Shown here piece after piece: positions 9,597 to 17,530 of a DNA stretch of 64,000 bases. Every line of letters begins with the position of its first letter. Position 1 is the stretch's first letter. The position numbers and the translations under genes were made by a program. Below the pieces are notes generated by a model, which was given only the letters and a program-made list of their open reading frames with translations, had not been told where the DNA came from and made no database searches. This DNA comes from Candidatus Doudnabacteria bacterium (GTDB lineage: Bacteria > Patescibacteriota > Doudnabacteria > UBA920 > O2-02-FULL-48-8): NCBI GenBank assembly GCA_039931165.1, contig JBDTSL010000004.1, positions 21,028 through 85,027 on the forward strand, read 5' to 3'.

Positions 9597-10104
9597 GAAA
9601 ATGTCGAAACTAAAAATAACGATCTTAGGATTTACGCTTATCGAGCTTTTAGTGGTCATTGCAATCATCGGACTTCTTGCCTCTGTGGTTTTGGTGGCGA
9701 TGAACTCGGCCCGTGCAAAATCTAGAGACGCCAAAAGACGCGCTGATCTTGATCAGCTTGCGACAGCTCTCGCTGTCTACTATGATGCTAATAATTCGTA
9801 TCCAATAACAGGAGGGTATTGGGGAAATTGTTCAGGCTTTGGAAGCCATGATATAACCGGAGCCAACGGCTGGATTCCCAATCTGGCTCCGACTTACATT
9901 TCTCAGTTGCCACTTGATCCGAAACCTAACGGCATCTATGGTTGTTATCTCTATATCTCACCGGATGGTAAAGAATATAAAATTATGGCGTATGCCACAG
10001 TAGAAGGCCCATGTGTTCTGCCGACGGACCCATTATATAACCCTTCTGATGGATCCTGTAATGTGTTTGCAAGATATACACCAGGAGCAGCAGTTGCTTA
10101 TTAA
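9586..10104 (+). CDS. type IV pilin-like protein (paralogue of 25788-26372 and 26308-26832)
   Basis: [22 protein letters not shown] prepilin N-terminus. An alternative start at 9601 ([10 protein letters not shown]|FTLIEL) gives a typical short leader. Confidence 0.7.
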   Translation: MLVKKMSKLKITILGFTLIELLVVIAIIGLLASVVLVAMNSARAKSRDAKRRADLDQLATALAVYYDANNSYPITGGYWGNCSGFGSHDITGANGWIPNLAPTYISQLPLDPKPNGIYGCYLYISPDGKEYKIMAYATVEGPCVLPTDPLYNPSDGSCNVFARYTPGAAVAY

Positions 10105-10171
10105 AAAATTACAATTAAAACGGACTTTAATTAGCAAATATTTAAAAAATCATTTATATTAGTAATATATT

Positions 10172-11845
10172 ATGGCTGTAAAAAAACACGGTAAAGCTGC
10201 AAAATACATCTTTGTTTCAGGAGGCGTGATTTCCGGCCTCGGAAAAGGCATTACAGCGGCATCGATTGCCGCTATTTTAAAGGGTAAGGGGTATATAATT
10301 TCACCCGTAAAGGTGGATATGTACCTGAATTTTGACGCCGGCACCATCCGGCCGCAGGAGCATGGTGAAGTGTTTGTAACCAATGATGGAATAGAGACCG
10401 ACCAGGATCTGGGCCACTACGAGCGATTTTTGGATACGGACCTGGCTAAAGTCAACTATATGACCACGGGCCAGGTTTATTCCGAAGTGATGCGAAAAGA
10501 ACGGGCATTTGCGTACAATGGCGAGGACGTGGAAGCAATTCCGCATATCACAGACGAGATCATCCGCAGATTCAAGCTAGCAGGGAGAGGCGCTGATATA
10601 GTGATCATTGAACTGGGCGGAACCGTGGGCGAATATCAAAACGGTATTTTCTTTGAAGCGTCCCGGATCATGAAACTTCGCAGCCCCTCCGACGTGATTC
10701 AGGTCCATGTTGCCTACCTGCCGATTCCCGGAAATCTCGGTGAAATGAAATCCAAACCGGTCCAGCAATCGGTGAGACTGCTCAACTCCTTGGGAATCGA
10801 ACCGGATTTTATTGTGGCCCGTGCCGAGCACTACGTGGATGACCGGCGCAAGGAAAGAATCGCGCTGTTTTGCAATGTCAGCAAAGAGGATGTCATCTCA
10901 AACCCGGACATGGCATCTATTTACGAAGTGCCGTTGGTGCTGCAGCAGCAGAAACTGGGCGAAAAAATCCTGACAAAGTTCGGACTTCCGGTTGGCAAAA
11001 AGGACCTGGAGCCTTGGAGGAAACTGGTCCGGACCATCAAAACCGTGAAAAAAGAAGCTCATATCGCGGTTGTGGGAAAATACTTCAGCACCGGGAATTA
11101 CAATCTTTCCGATGTTTATGTTTCGATAATTGAGGCGCTGAAAGCCGCCAGTTGGCAAAATAAAGCCAAGCCTGTCCTGCATTGGATCGACTCGGAAAAA
11201 ATCGAGAAAGAAGGCACAAAGCTTTTGGAAAATATGGACGGTATTGTCATCACCCCCGGATTCGGCAAAAGGGGAGTGGAGGGCATGATCTCCGCCATCA
11301 CCTACGCCCGCGAAAACATAGTCCCTTATCTGGGGTTATGCTATGGCATGCAAATGGCCTCAATCGAATTTGCCCGCAATGTTTTGAAGCTCAAAGCCGC
11401 GCATACGGTCGAAGTGGACGACGAGACACCCCACCCGATCATAAATATAATGCCTGAACAGGAAAAAAAGCTTTTGAAAAAAGATTACGGCGCCTCCATG
11501 CGTTTGGGGTCCTGGCCTTGCGTGCTTAAGCCCGGTTCAAAGGCGGAAAAAGCCTATGGATCCCGCAAGATTGAAGAGCGCCACCGCCACCGCTATGAAT
11601 TCAATAACAAATACCGCAAGCAGTTTGAAAACGCGGGTATGGTTTTTTCAGGAACCTCACCTGACGGCCATTTGGTTGAAATAATTGAACTTGCCGATCA
11701 TCCATTCTTTGTCGGCGTCCAGTTCCACCCCGAATTCAAATCCCGTCCCCTAAATCCCGGCCCGCTTTTCCGCGAATTCATCAAAGCCGCGCTGAAGAAT
11801 AAAGATTTTTTAACCACAAAAGCGACCAAAATCAAGTCTAAATAA
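10172..11845 (+). CDS. pyrG: CTP synthase
   Basis: 557 aa. N-terminal KYIFVSGGVISGLGKGITAAS and C-terminal glutamine amidotransferase GLCYGMQ motif. Confidence 0.9.
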   Translation: MAVKKHGKAAKYIFVSGGVISGLGKGITAASIAAILKGKGYIISPVKVDMYLNFDAGTIRPQEHGEVFVTNDGIETDQDLGHYERFLDTDLAKVNYMTTGQVYSEVMRKERAFAYNGEDVEAIPHITDEIIRRFKLAGRGADIVIIELGGTVGEYQNGIFFEASRIMKLRSPSDVIQVHVAYLPIPGNLGEMKSKPVQQSVRLLNSLGIEPDFIVARAEHYVDDRRKERIALFCNVSKEDVISNPDMASIYEVPLVLQQQKLGEKILTKFGLPVGKKDLEPWRKLVRTIKTVKKEAHIAVVGKYFSTGNYNLSDVYVSIIEALKAASWQNKAKPVLHWIDSEKIEKEGTKLLENMDGIVITPGFGKRGVEGMISAITYARENIVPYLGLCYGMQMASIEFARNVLKLKAAHTVEVDDETPHPIINIMPEQEKKLLKKDYGASMRLGSWPCVLKPGSKAEKAYGSRKIEERHRHRYEFNNKYRKQFENAGMVFSGTSPDGHLVEIIELADHPFFVGVQFHPEFKSRPLNPGPLFREFIKAALKNKDFLTTKATKIKSK

Positions 11846-11852
11846 ATTAATA

Positions 11853-11888
11853 AAAAACCGCCCCAGCTTCCGGAGCGGTTTTTTATTA
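11853..11888. terminator. bidirectional rho-independent terminator (hairpin with flanking A/T runs)
   Basis: aaaaaccgccccagcttccggagcggtttttt between convergent pyrG and the 382-aa gene. Confidence 0.5.
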
Positions 11889-11893
11889 GAGCT

Positions 11894-13042
11894 TTATTTT
11901 TGCGTAGTTTCCTGTTGCCAGTGATGTGATGCAAACGCGCCTAGAGTGATCAGCCAAAGTCCGAACAATACTATCCAACCCACGATCGGAATTAAGCCCA
12001 GAAGCAGCATGATCACAGCGCCGACCCCGAGATCCCGCCAGTGATTTGGGCCTGCATTTTTTTGATACCAACCCCAAACCAACCTTCCTGTATAAAACAT
12101 GACCAGAACGGAAGAAATTACAAGAAGCAAACCGTAACTGAGCATAACTATCAGTCCCAAATATACCCCAACCACGGTAATCATCAAAATAATCGCGAGA
12201 ATAGGCAGGACTACCAGTACCGCAAATCCGATTCCAAGGTCGTGCCAAGGTCTAGCCAGAGCCTCTTTGACCACAGACGCAACTTTGGCTGGAAAAAGCC
12301 AAACCAGGACCAAACCCGCGGCAAGGAGCATCAAGAATTTAAATATGCTGCCGATAATCATCATACCGGCGAAACCGCCTTTTTGAGCCACTTGTTTGTT
12401 TACTTTAGTAAACTCAATCGGTCCGACTTTAGCGCCTGGCATCACAACCGCTTCCACGGGTCCTTTAAAGCTAATTTTCCCGCTTACCTCTGCATTTGAT
12501 CCAAAGGTCAGGCTCTTGCTGGCCATGATTTCAATAACGTTGCCGCTGACCTTGCCATTGATCGTAACTTCACCGCCTCCGATTTTTAGGTTCCCGGTTA
12601 CATCAGAATCCACGGAAATATTGCCTCCACCGATCACAAGATCTCCGCCAATGCTTGCTTTTTGCGCGACAGATATATTGCCGCCGGCCACAACAAGATC
12701 CCCGTTGACAGGGCCGCTGATGGAAATATTTCCGCCCGCTATACGGGCAGTTTCACCCACCGAACCATTGATATTCAAATTTCCGCCCGCGACCAATAGA
12801 TCTTTTTCAACGTCCCCATTAACTGTGACCACTCCGCCGGCAGCGGCAAGATCACCTTTGGTTTGGCTGTTTACTGTGACGTTCGCTCCCGCTATGTAGA
12901 GATTTTTATGCGTCTCTTTCTGCAAGGTTGAAACATTGGAGTCGGTCTTGCTTGCCGGAGCTATAAACTCAGCCGCTTGGACGGTTACTGCCGCCAAAAA
13001 AGATAACGCGATCACCGCGCCTAAAACCTTAACTTTGTTCAT
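11894..13042 (-). CDS. signal-peptide plus polytopic C-terminal membrane protein with bactofilin-like beta-helical repeats
   Basis: Repeated GDLxVAGGNISV / GGNLNINGSV units typical of polymer-forming cytoskeletal (bactofilin/DUF342-like) folds; N-terminal signal peptide; C-terminal approx. 5 TM helices. Confidence 0.45.
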   Translation of the reverse strand: MNKVKVLGAVIALSFLAAVTVQAAEFIAPASKTDSNVSTLQKETHKNLYIAGANVTVNSQTKGDLAAAGGVVTVNGDVEKDLLVAGGNLNINGSVGETARIAGGNISISGPVNGDLVVAGGNISVAQKASIGGDLVIGGGNISVDSDVTGNLKIGGGEVTINGKVSGNVIEIMASKSLTFGSNAEVSGKISFKGPVEAVVMPGAKVGPIEFTKVNKQVAQKGGFAGMMIIGSIFKFLMLLAAGLVLVWLFPAKVASVVKEALARPWHDLGIGFAVLVVLPILAIILMITVVGVYLGLIVMLSYGLLLVISSVLVMFYTGRLVWGWYQKNAGPNHWRDLGVGAVIMLLLGLIPIVGWIVLFGLWLITLGAFASHHWQQETTQK

Positions 13043-13093
13043 AAATTTCGTTTCTTAATTATCTAGAGTAATTTAAGCACTAAACCTGAGCTT

Positions 13094-13130
13094 TGGCAAA
13101 TAAAAACCGCTCCAGAGCGGTTTTATTTTA
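13094..13130. terminator. rho-independent terminator hairpin
   Basis: aaaaaccgctccagagcggtttt flanked by A/T runs, downstream of rpmA on the minus strand. Confidence 0.5.
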
Positions 13131-13136
13131 AAAAAA

Positions 13137-13418
13137 TTATTTTCCAGACAATACATGCACGAATCGTCTTTGGTGCAAGTTGCCGTCAAATCCGCGGACT
13201 TTTTTGGCGGTGAATTTCACTGTGCCGATCCCGACGGAATAAAGAGTGTCGTCAGAGCCCTTGCGCACATTTTTACCCGGGTGCCACTTGGTGCCGCGCT
13301 GACGGACCAGAATCGTTCCTAGTTTGGCGGTTTGACCGCCGAAAAGTTTAATTCCCAGTCTTTTGGATTGCGAATCGCGCCCTAGGGCTGTAGATCCGCC
13401 TGCTTTTTTATGAGCCAT
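13137..13418 (-). CDS. rpmA: 50S ribosomal protein L27
   Basis: [29 protein letters not shown] is the canonical L27 sequence. Confidence 0.9.
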   Translation of the reverse strand: MAHKKAGGSTALGRDSQSKRLGIKLFGGQTAKLGTILVRQRGTKWHPGKNVRKGSDDTLYSVGIGTVKFTAKKVRGFDGNLHQRRFVHVLSGK

Positions 13419-13473
13419 AAATCGTGTAACGAGGAGCGTAGAGCCAGTAACGTTATACGTTACGCGTTATACG

Positions 13474-14811
13474 CTATACGAGTTCCTCACCGGATTCTGT
13501 CTCCAACGCATTTGCGTCTTCTACTACAGTTTCCTGTTTAGTTTCTTCTCCATATTTAACAACAAATATTTCTCTTGCGACAACTTGATCCTTGCGGTCA
13601 TAGATGACGGACTTGCGAGGAGTTACCCGTAAAAATTTATATTTGACCGATAAATATTCAGGTAAAGGATCTAGAATAGTGTAGCCATTTTCGGTGATGA
13701 AGTCAAGGTCGGGCATAAACGCATAATCCGACATACTGACTTTATAAGCGGGGAAGGACACAACAACTTTTGAGCCCGGAGCAAGAAATTTTTTGAACTC
13801 CTTGAAAACCTGGTCGTAGAGTTTGGACAAGGTTTTGAAATTTGAGGTCATTTCGGGCTTTTTTGGAATCTTGGAGTATAGCGGGCCAAGCGTGCCTTCG
13901 GTAACCACAGCCGCGATTTTATATTTGGGTAATTGAATTGAGATTTCGGCGGCGTTGGACCGGAAAAGCTTGTAACGCCCCAGCGCGACATGATAGCGGT
14001 TGCGGAACCATTCCAGATTTTTCTCACTGTTTTCGACCATTTTCTGCTCAATGTCCGAACCAATAGCTCGATATCCCATGAGAACTGACTCCTGCAGGAT
14101 TGTGCCGGAGCCGCAGAAAGGGTCCAAAATATAGTCCATAGGTTTCAAGGGTCCGGCAAGATTGATCATGGTCTGGGCTACTTTTGGCGGGATCATCCCT
14201 ATCTTTTCGTCGCGGGCAGGTCTCTGATAATCTCTTCTTCCGTAATCTTCGTAGTTTTGGACCGATAAAGTTTTACCGACGAACAATCTTTGGTTGCCGG
14301 CGATGATCACAACCTCCGCGCCTTTAGCGAGCAGTTGGTTCTCGGTCACTTGGACGGATGAAAGCGCTTGAGATGGGAATTGAGGCAGCACGGCGCGTAT
14401 GCTTTGGGACTGATCCTGGATGATTTTTTTTATCAGGAAGGCGATTCGCGGAGCTTCTTCATAAAACTTAATGGTAGGATCAAGCGAATAAATGGATACG
14501 CCGAACTGTTTTTTGCCCGAGTATTCGTGAAAGTATTCTTTTATTCTTTTGAAAGTAAAGTAGCCGGCCAAAACCTGCGACGGGAATTCTTTTCCCTTCT
14601 TTTGAAAAGTATCGAATAAGCGTATAATTTTAATGGTGCCGCCGAGACGGGCCTGAAGCGATTCGGTATTCAATGCTTTGTCCGCCTCGATCACCACAAC
14701 CTCGGGTGAGCAGGCCATGACTTTGTAGGCCACTTCCAGTGAAGTCAGGACCGCAAGCAGCTCGGCCAAAGACAGCGTGTAAACCCTCCCTAAAATAAAC
14801 GCGTATTGCAT
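13474..14811 (-). CDS. THUMP-domain class I SAM-dependent RNA (m2G-type) methyltransferase, Trm11/RlmL-like
   Basis: PPKVAQTMINLAG ... LDPFCGSGTIL motif I, characteristic of the THUMP-associated N2-guanine RNA methylase family; 445 aa. Confidence 0.55.
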   Translation of the reverse strand: MQYAFILGRVYTLSLAELLAVLTSLEVAYKVMACSPEVVVIEADKALNTESLQARLGGTIKIIRLFDTFQKKGKEFPSQVLAGYFTFKRIKEYFHEYSGKKQFGVSIYSLDPTIKFYEEAPRIAFLIKKIIQDQSQSIRAVLPQFPSQALSSVQVTENQLLAKGAEVVIIAGNQRLFVGKTLSVQNYEDYGRRDYQRPARDEKIGMIPPKVAQTMINLAGPLKPMDYILDPFCGSGTILQESVLMGYRAIGSDIEQKMVENSEKNLEWFRNRYHVALGRYKLFRSNAAEISIQLPKYKIAAVVTEGTLGPLYSKIPKKPEMTSNFKTLSKLYDQVFKEFKKFLAPGSKVVVSFPAYKVSMSDYAFMPDLDFITENGYTILDPLPEYLSVKYKFLRVTPRKSVIYDRKDQVVAREIFVVKYGEETKQETVVEDANALETESGEELV

Positions 14812-14852
14812 ATAACGTATAATGTATAACGTGTAACCTATAACCGTTAACT

Positions 14853-15215
14853 ATGGAAAATTTAAAGAATTTTCTAAAAGCTTATCAGCAACCCTTGGTC
14901 CTGACAATCGGCTACTTGCTCGTCGCCTGTTTAGCTTTCGGCTTGGGAAGATATACGTTACCGAAACAATCAGCACGACAAGTGAGTAGCGTTAAGGTGC
15001 AGGAGGCTAGCGCAACACCTTTAAATTATAATCCAAACTCGGCTTCAATACAATCCGCCAGTGACGTAAATTGCGCCGGCAAGATCAAAGGATCTGCCAG
15101 CCTGATCTACCATGTGCCCGGAGGAGCGTTCTATAATAAAACCTCTCACCCTATCCGATGTTTTAACTCCGAAGCGGAAGCCAAGGCGGCAGGCTTCAGA
15201 AAGTCGAGTCGATAG
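14853..15215 (+). CDS. membrane-anchored hypothetical protein
   Basis: N-terminal TM helix; C-terminal conserved-looking motif IYHVPGGAFYNKT..RCFNSEAEAKAAGFR. Confidence 0.3.
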   Translation: MENLKNFLKAYQQPLVLTIGYLLVACLAFGLGRYTLPKQSARQVSSVKVQEASATPLNYNPNSASIQSASDVNCAGKIKGSASLIYHVPGGAFYNKTSHPIRCFNSEAEAKAAGFRKSSR

Positions 15216-15216
15216 C

Positions 15217-16404
15217 ATGAACATGGAGAGAATATATTTGGACTATGCCGCCACAACACCTTTAGACAATCGTGTCGCGAAAACGATGCGTGATTTTGAA
15301 TTGGAATTTTACGGCAACCCCAGCTCCACCCATCGGGAAGGCCAGGCTGCCCGAGCCAGAATTGACACCGCCCGCGAAGCGGTGGCGAAGTTTATTAACG
15401 CCAAGACTCAGGAAGTAATTTTCACCTCAGGCGCAACCGAAGCCAACAACCTGGCGATCCAGGGCACGGTCAGCCACTATATCAAAGAATTTCAGATGAA
15501 ACCTCATGTGATAACAACCATGCTTGAGCACCAGTCCGTTTACAATACAGTTAAAGAACTAAGCAAGCAGGGGATTATAGACGCGACTTTTATCAGTCCG
15601 TCCCCAGATGGACTGATAAATCCAGACGAGATCATCAAATCAATTACCGCCAACACTGTTCTAGTCAGCGTGATTTTTGTATCGAATGAGATAGGCTCAG
15701 TTTTGCCGGTAAGAGAGATCGGGCGCAAACTGGATGAGACCAATAAGCGCCAAAAATATCAGATCATGTACCACATTGACGCAGTACAGGCAGTTAAGTA
15801 TCAAAATTGCAATGTGGAAAAATTAAATTGCAGTCTTTTAACCATGTCCGCGCATAAAGTTCATGGTCCGAAGGGGATTGGCGCTTTATACACTAAATCG
15901 AGGGTCAAGATCAATAATTTACTTTATGGAGGCTCTCAGGAATACGGCAAGCGTCCAGGCACCCAAAATACCGCTGGAATTATCGGCATGGCCAAGGCGC
16001 TGGAACTTTTGGGGACATTGGAGAACCGGCAGGAGGCCGGGAAAAAAATTTCCGTTCTAAGGAATAAATTAATTGAAGGAATAAAAAAAATAGATCAAGC
16101 TGATTTGAACGGCCCGGAGGGGGAGATGCGTTCGCCGGATAACGTCAGCTTTACTTTTTATGGGGTAGACCAGGACGCTCTCATGACCGCTCTCGACCTG
16201 GCCGGCATTGCCGCTTCCACCGGTTCTGCGTGCGTTTCAGGCTCATCTGAACCGTCTTATGTCATTGAGTCCTTAGGTAAAATCGGCAGCAAGCCCGCCG
16301 CCACAGTACGATTTACGCTTGGAAAAAGCACTAAAAATTCAGATATTGTTTATACGTTGAAAGCGCTTTTGAAAATAATCCCGCAGCTTCGCCGAACTGT
16401 ATGA
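15217..16404 (+). CDS. cysteine desulfurase (NifS/IscS family, PLP-dependent)
   Basis: MNMERIYLDYAATTP N-terminus; SAHKVHGPKGIGALY (PLP-lysine region); C-terminal STGSACVSGS active-site cysteine loop. The track ORF start at 15112 is over-extended; the ATG at 15217 follows the stop of the upstream gene. Confidence 0.8.
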   Translation: MNMERIYLDYAATTPLDNRVAKTMRDFELEFYGNPSSTHREGQAARARIDTAREAVAKFINAKTQEVIFTSGATEANNLAIQGTVSHYIKEFQMKPHVITTMLEHQSVYNTVKELSKQGIIDATFISPSPDGLINPDEIIKSITANTVLVSVIFVSNEIGSVLPVREIGRKLDETNKRQKYQIMYHIDAVQAVKYQNCNVEKLNCSLLTMSAHKVHGPKGIGALYTKSRVKINNLLYGGSQEYGKRPGTQNTAGIIGMAKALELLGTLENRQEAGKKISVLRNKLIEGIKKIDQADLNGPEGEMRSPDNVSFTFYGVDQDALMTALDLAGIAASTGSACVSGSSEPSYVIESLGKIGSKPAATVRFTLGKSTKNSDIVYTLKALLKIIPQLRRTV

Positions 16405-16474
16405 ACTGGCCCTTGACTATTCGTCAAAACTACTGTATACTAATTAGTCTTTTGTAATAACTAATTCCAACCTA

Positions 16475-17227
16475 ATGAAAAATAAATTTTGGTTAATCTT
16501 AGCTCTGATTTTACTCGCCGCCGGTGGAGCGTATTTTGTTTCCAAAAATCCTACCGCTCACAAAGTGGCGGATGTGGTCGTAGGTAAAACCCCGCCTCAG
16601 CCACCCGATATAACTTTCAATCCCTCTGTTCCTGATGTCGTGAAGGCGACTTCAGCTTTGCTGAACGTTCCTTTTGTTTCGCAGGCCCCGACCGGGAACT
16701 GGGCTGATCAGAAACAGGAAGACGGCTGTGAAGAAGCTGCGGTGCTCATGTCCTGGCTTTGGATCAATGATAAGTCAATCACTCCGGCCGATGCGGAAAA
16801 GACCATTATCAATATGGCTGACTTTGAAACCGCCCATTACGGAAATTATGCCGATACGGACGCGCAGGATACTGCCAAATTTTTCACCGACTATTACGGC
16901 TATACGAATATTGAAGTGAAAATCAATATCACGATTGATGACATTAAAAACGCTCTGCGGGCAGGCAAGTTGGTCTTAGCTCCGGCCAATGGCACCAAAT
17001 TAGGCAATCCGCATTATAAATCACCTGGCCCAACCACCCATTTTTTGGTCATCAAAGGTTTTGACGATGCCACGGGGTTGTTTACCACAAATGACTCAGG
17101 GACTCAGTATGGCAAAAACTACACTTATAACTATCAAACTTTATTTAACGCATTGGTAAATTATCCCACAGGCAATCATCTGGATCAGACAGGCCGGCCC
17201 AAGGCCATGATCATCGTGACAAAATAA
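16475..17227 (+). CDS. membrane-anchored papain-fold (peptidase C39-like) domain protein
   Basis: N-terminal TM; VPFVSQAPTGNW...DGCEEAAVLMSW (Cys region) and HFLVIKGFDD...FTTNDSG (His / Asp-Asn region) resemble the C39_2 / BtrH-like architecture. Paralogue at 36130-36780. Confidence 0.5.
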   Translation: MKNKFWLILALILLAAGGAYFVSKNPTAHKVADVVVGKTPPQPPDITFNPSVPDVVKATSALLNVPFVSQAPTGNWADQKQEDGCEEAAVLMSWLWINDKSITPADAEKTIINMADFETAHYGNYADTDAQDTAKFFTDYYGYTNIEVKINITIDDIKNALRAGKLVLAPANGTKLGNPHYKSPGPTTHFLVIKGFDDATGLFTTNDSGTQYGKNYTYNYQTLFNALVNYPTGNHLDQTGRPKAMIIVTK

Positions 17228-17338
17228 AAAAAAAGGGGACACAGAGATAAAATAATAAGCGCAAACTTCAGACAGGAGAGTTCGGGAGCAAAGTAACAGA
17301 AGGGCTTATTTCAAGAACGTTAGCTAGTCGCACAATGT

Positions 17339-17389
17339 ACCTTATACGACAACACTTTTTTAAGCCCTATTTGTGTTGTCGTATAAGGT
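17339..17389. repeat. perfect 17-bp inverted repeat (stem) with 17-nt loop in a 300-bp noncoding region
   Basis: accttatacgacaacac / gtgttgtcgtataaggt; no ORF of 60 aa or more on either strand across 17228-17530. Confidence 0.6.
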
Positions 17390-17492
17390 CGCGGAGTTGC
17401 TGCGACAAAATCATATTTATCCCCTAGCCGTTTGTCGCGAAATTTCGCGCGAAATTTATTTGAAATTACTAAATTAATAATCAGAGATTCAA

Positions 17493-17520
17493 AAACCGAC
17501 CAGCAGGGTCGGTTTTGTCT
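17493..17520 (-). terminator. rho-independent terminator for the M23 peptidase gene
   Basis: aaaaaccgaccagcagggtcggtttt hairpin immediately downstream of the minus-strand stop at 17531. Confidence 0.5.
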
Positions 17521-17530
17521 CTCCCCTATT

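Noticed and set aside
12396-12899. 167-aa plus-strand ORF (P/T/S-rich) in the six-frame track
   Set aside because: Lies entirely antisense to the repeat-rich 382-aa gene; its low-complexity composition mirrors the GGN repeats on the other strand. Shadow ORF.
15112-15216. N-terminal extension of the cysteine desulfurase ORF back to 15112
   Set aside because: Overlaps the upstream gene by about 100 nt in another frame. The conserved N-terminus (MNMERIYLDYAATTP) begins at the ATG at 15217, right after the upstream stop codon.
16674-16919. 81-aa plus-strand ORF (R/P-rich)
   Set aside because: Nested out-of-frame inside the C39-like peptidase-domain gene; compositionally aberrant.
17228-17530. 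Possibility that the structured intergenic region is an SRP RNA, tmRNA or RNase P RNA
   Set aside because: None of the hallmark motifs (SRP domain IV GGAA/AGCAG context, tmRNA tRNA-like end with encoded tag, RNase P P4 pseudoknot strands) could be recognised by eye. Kept only as an unclassified ncRNA candidate.
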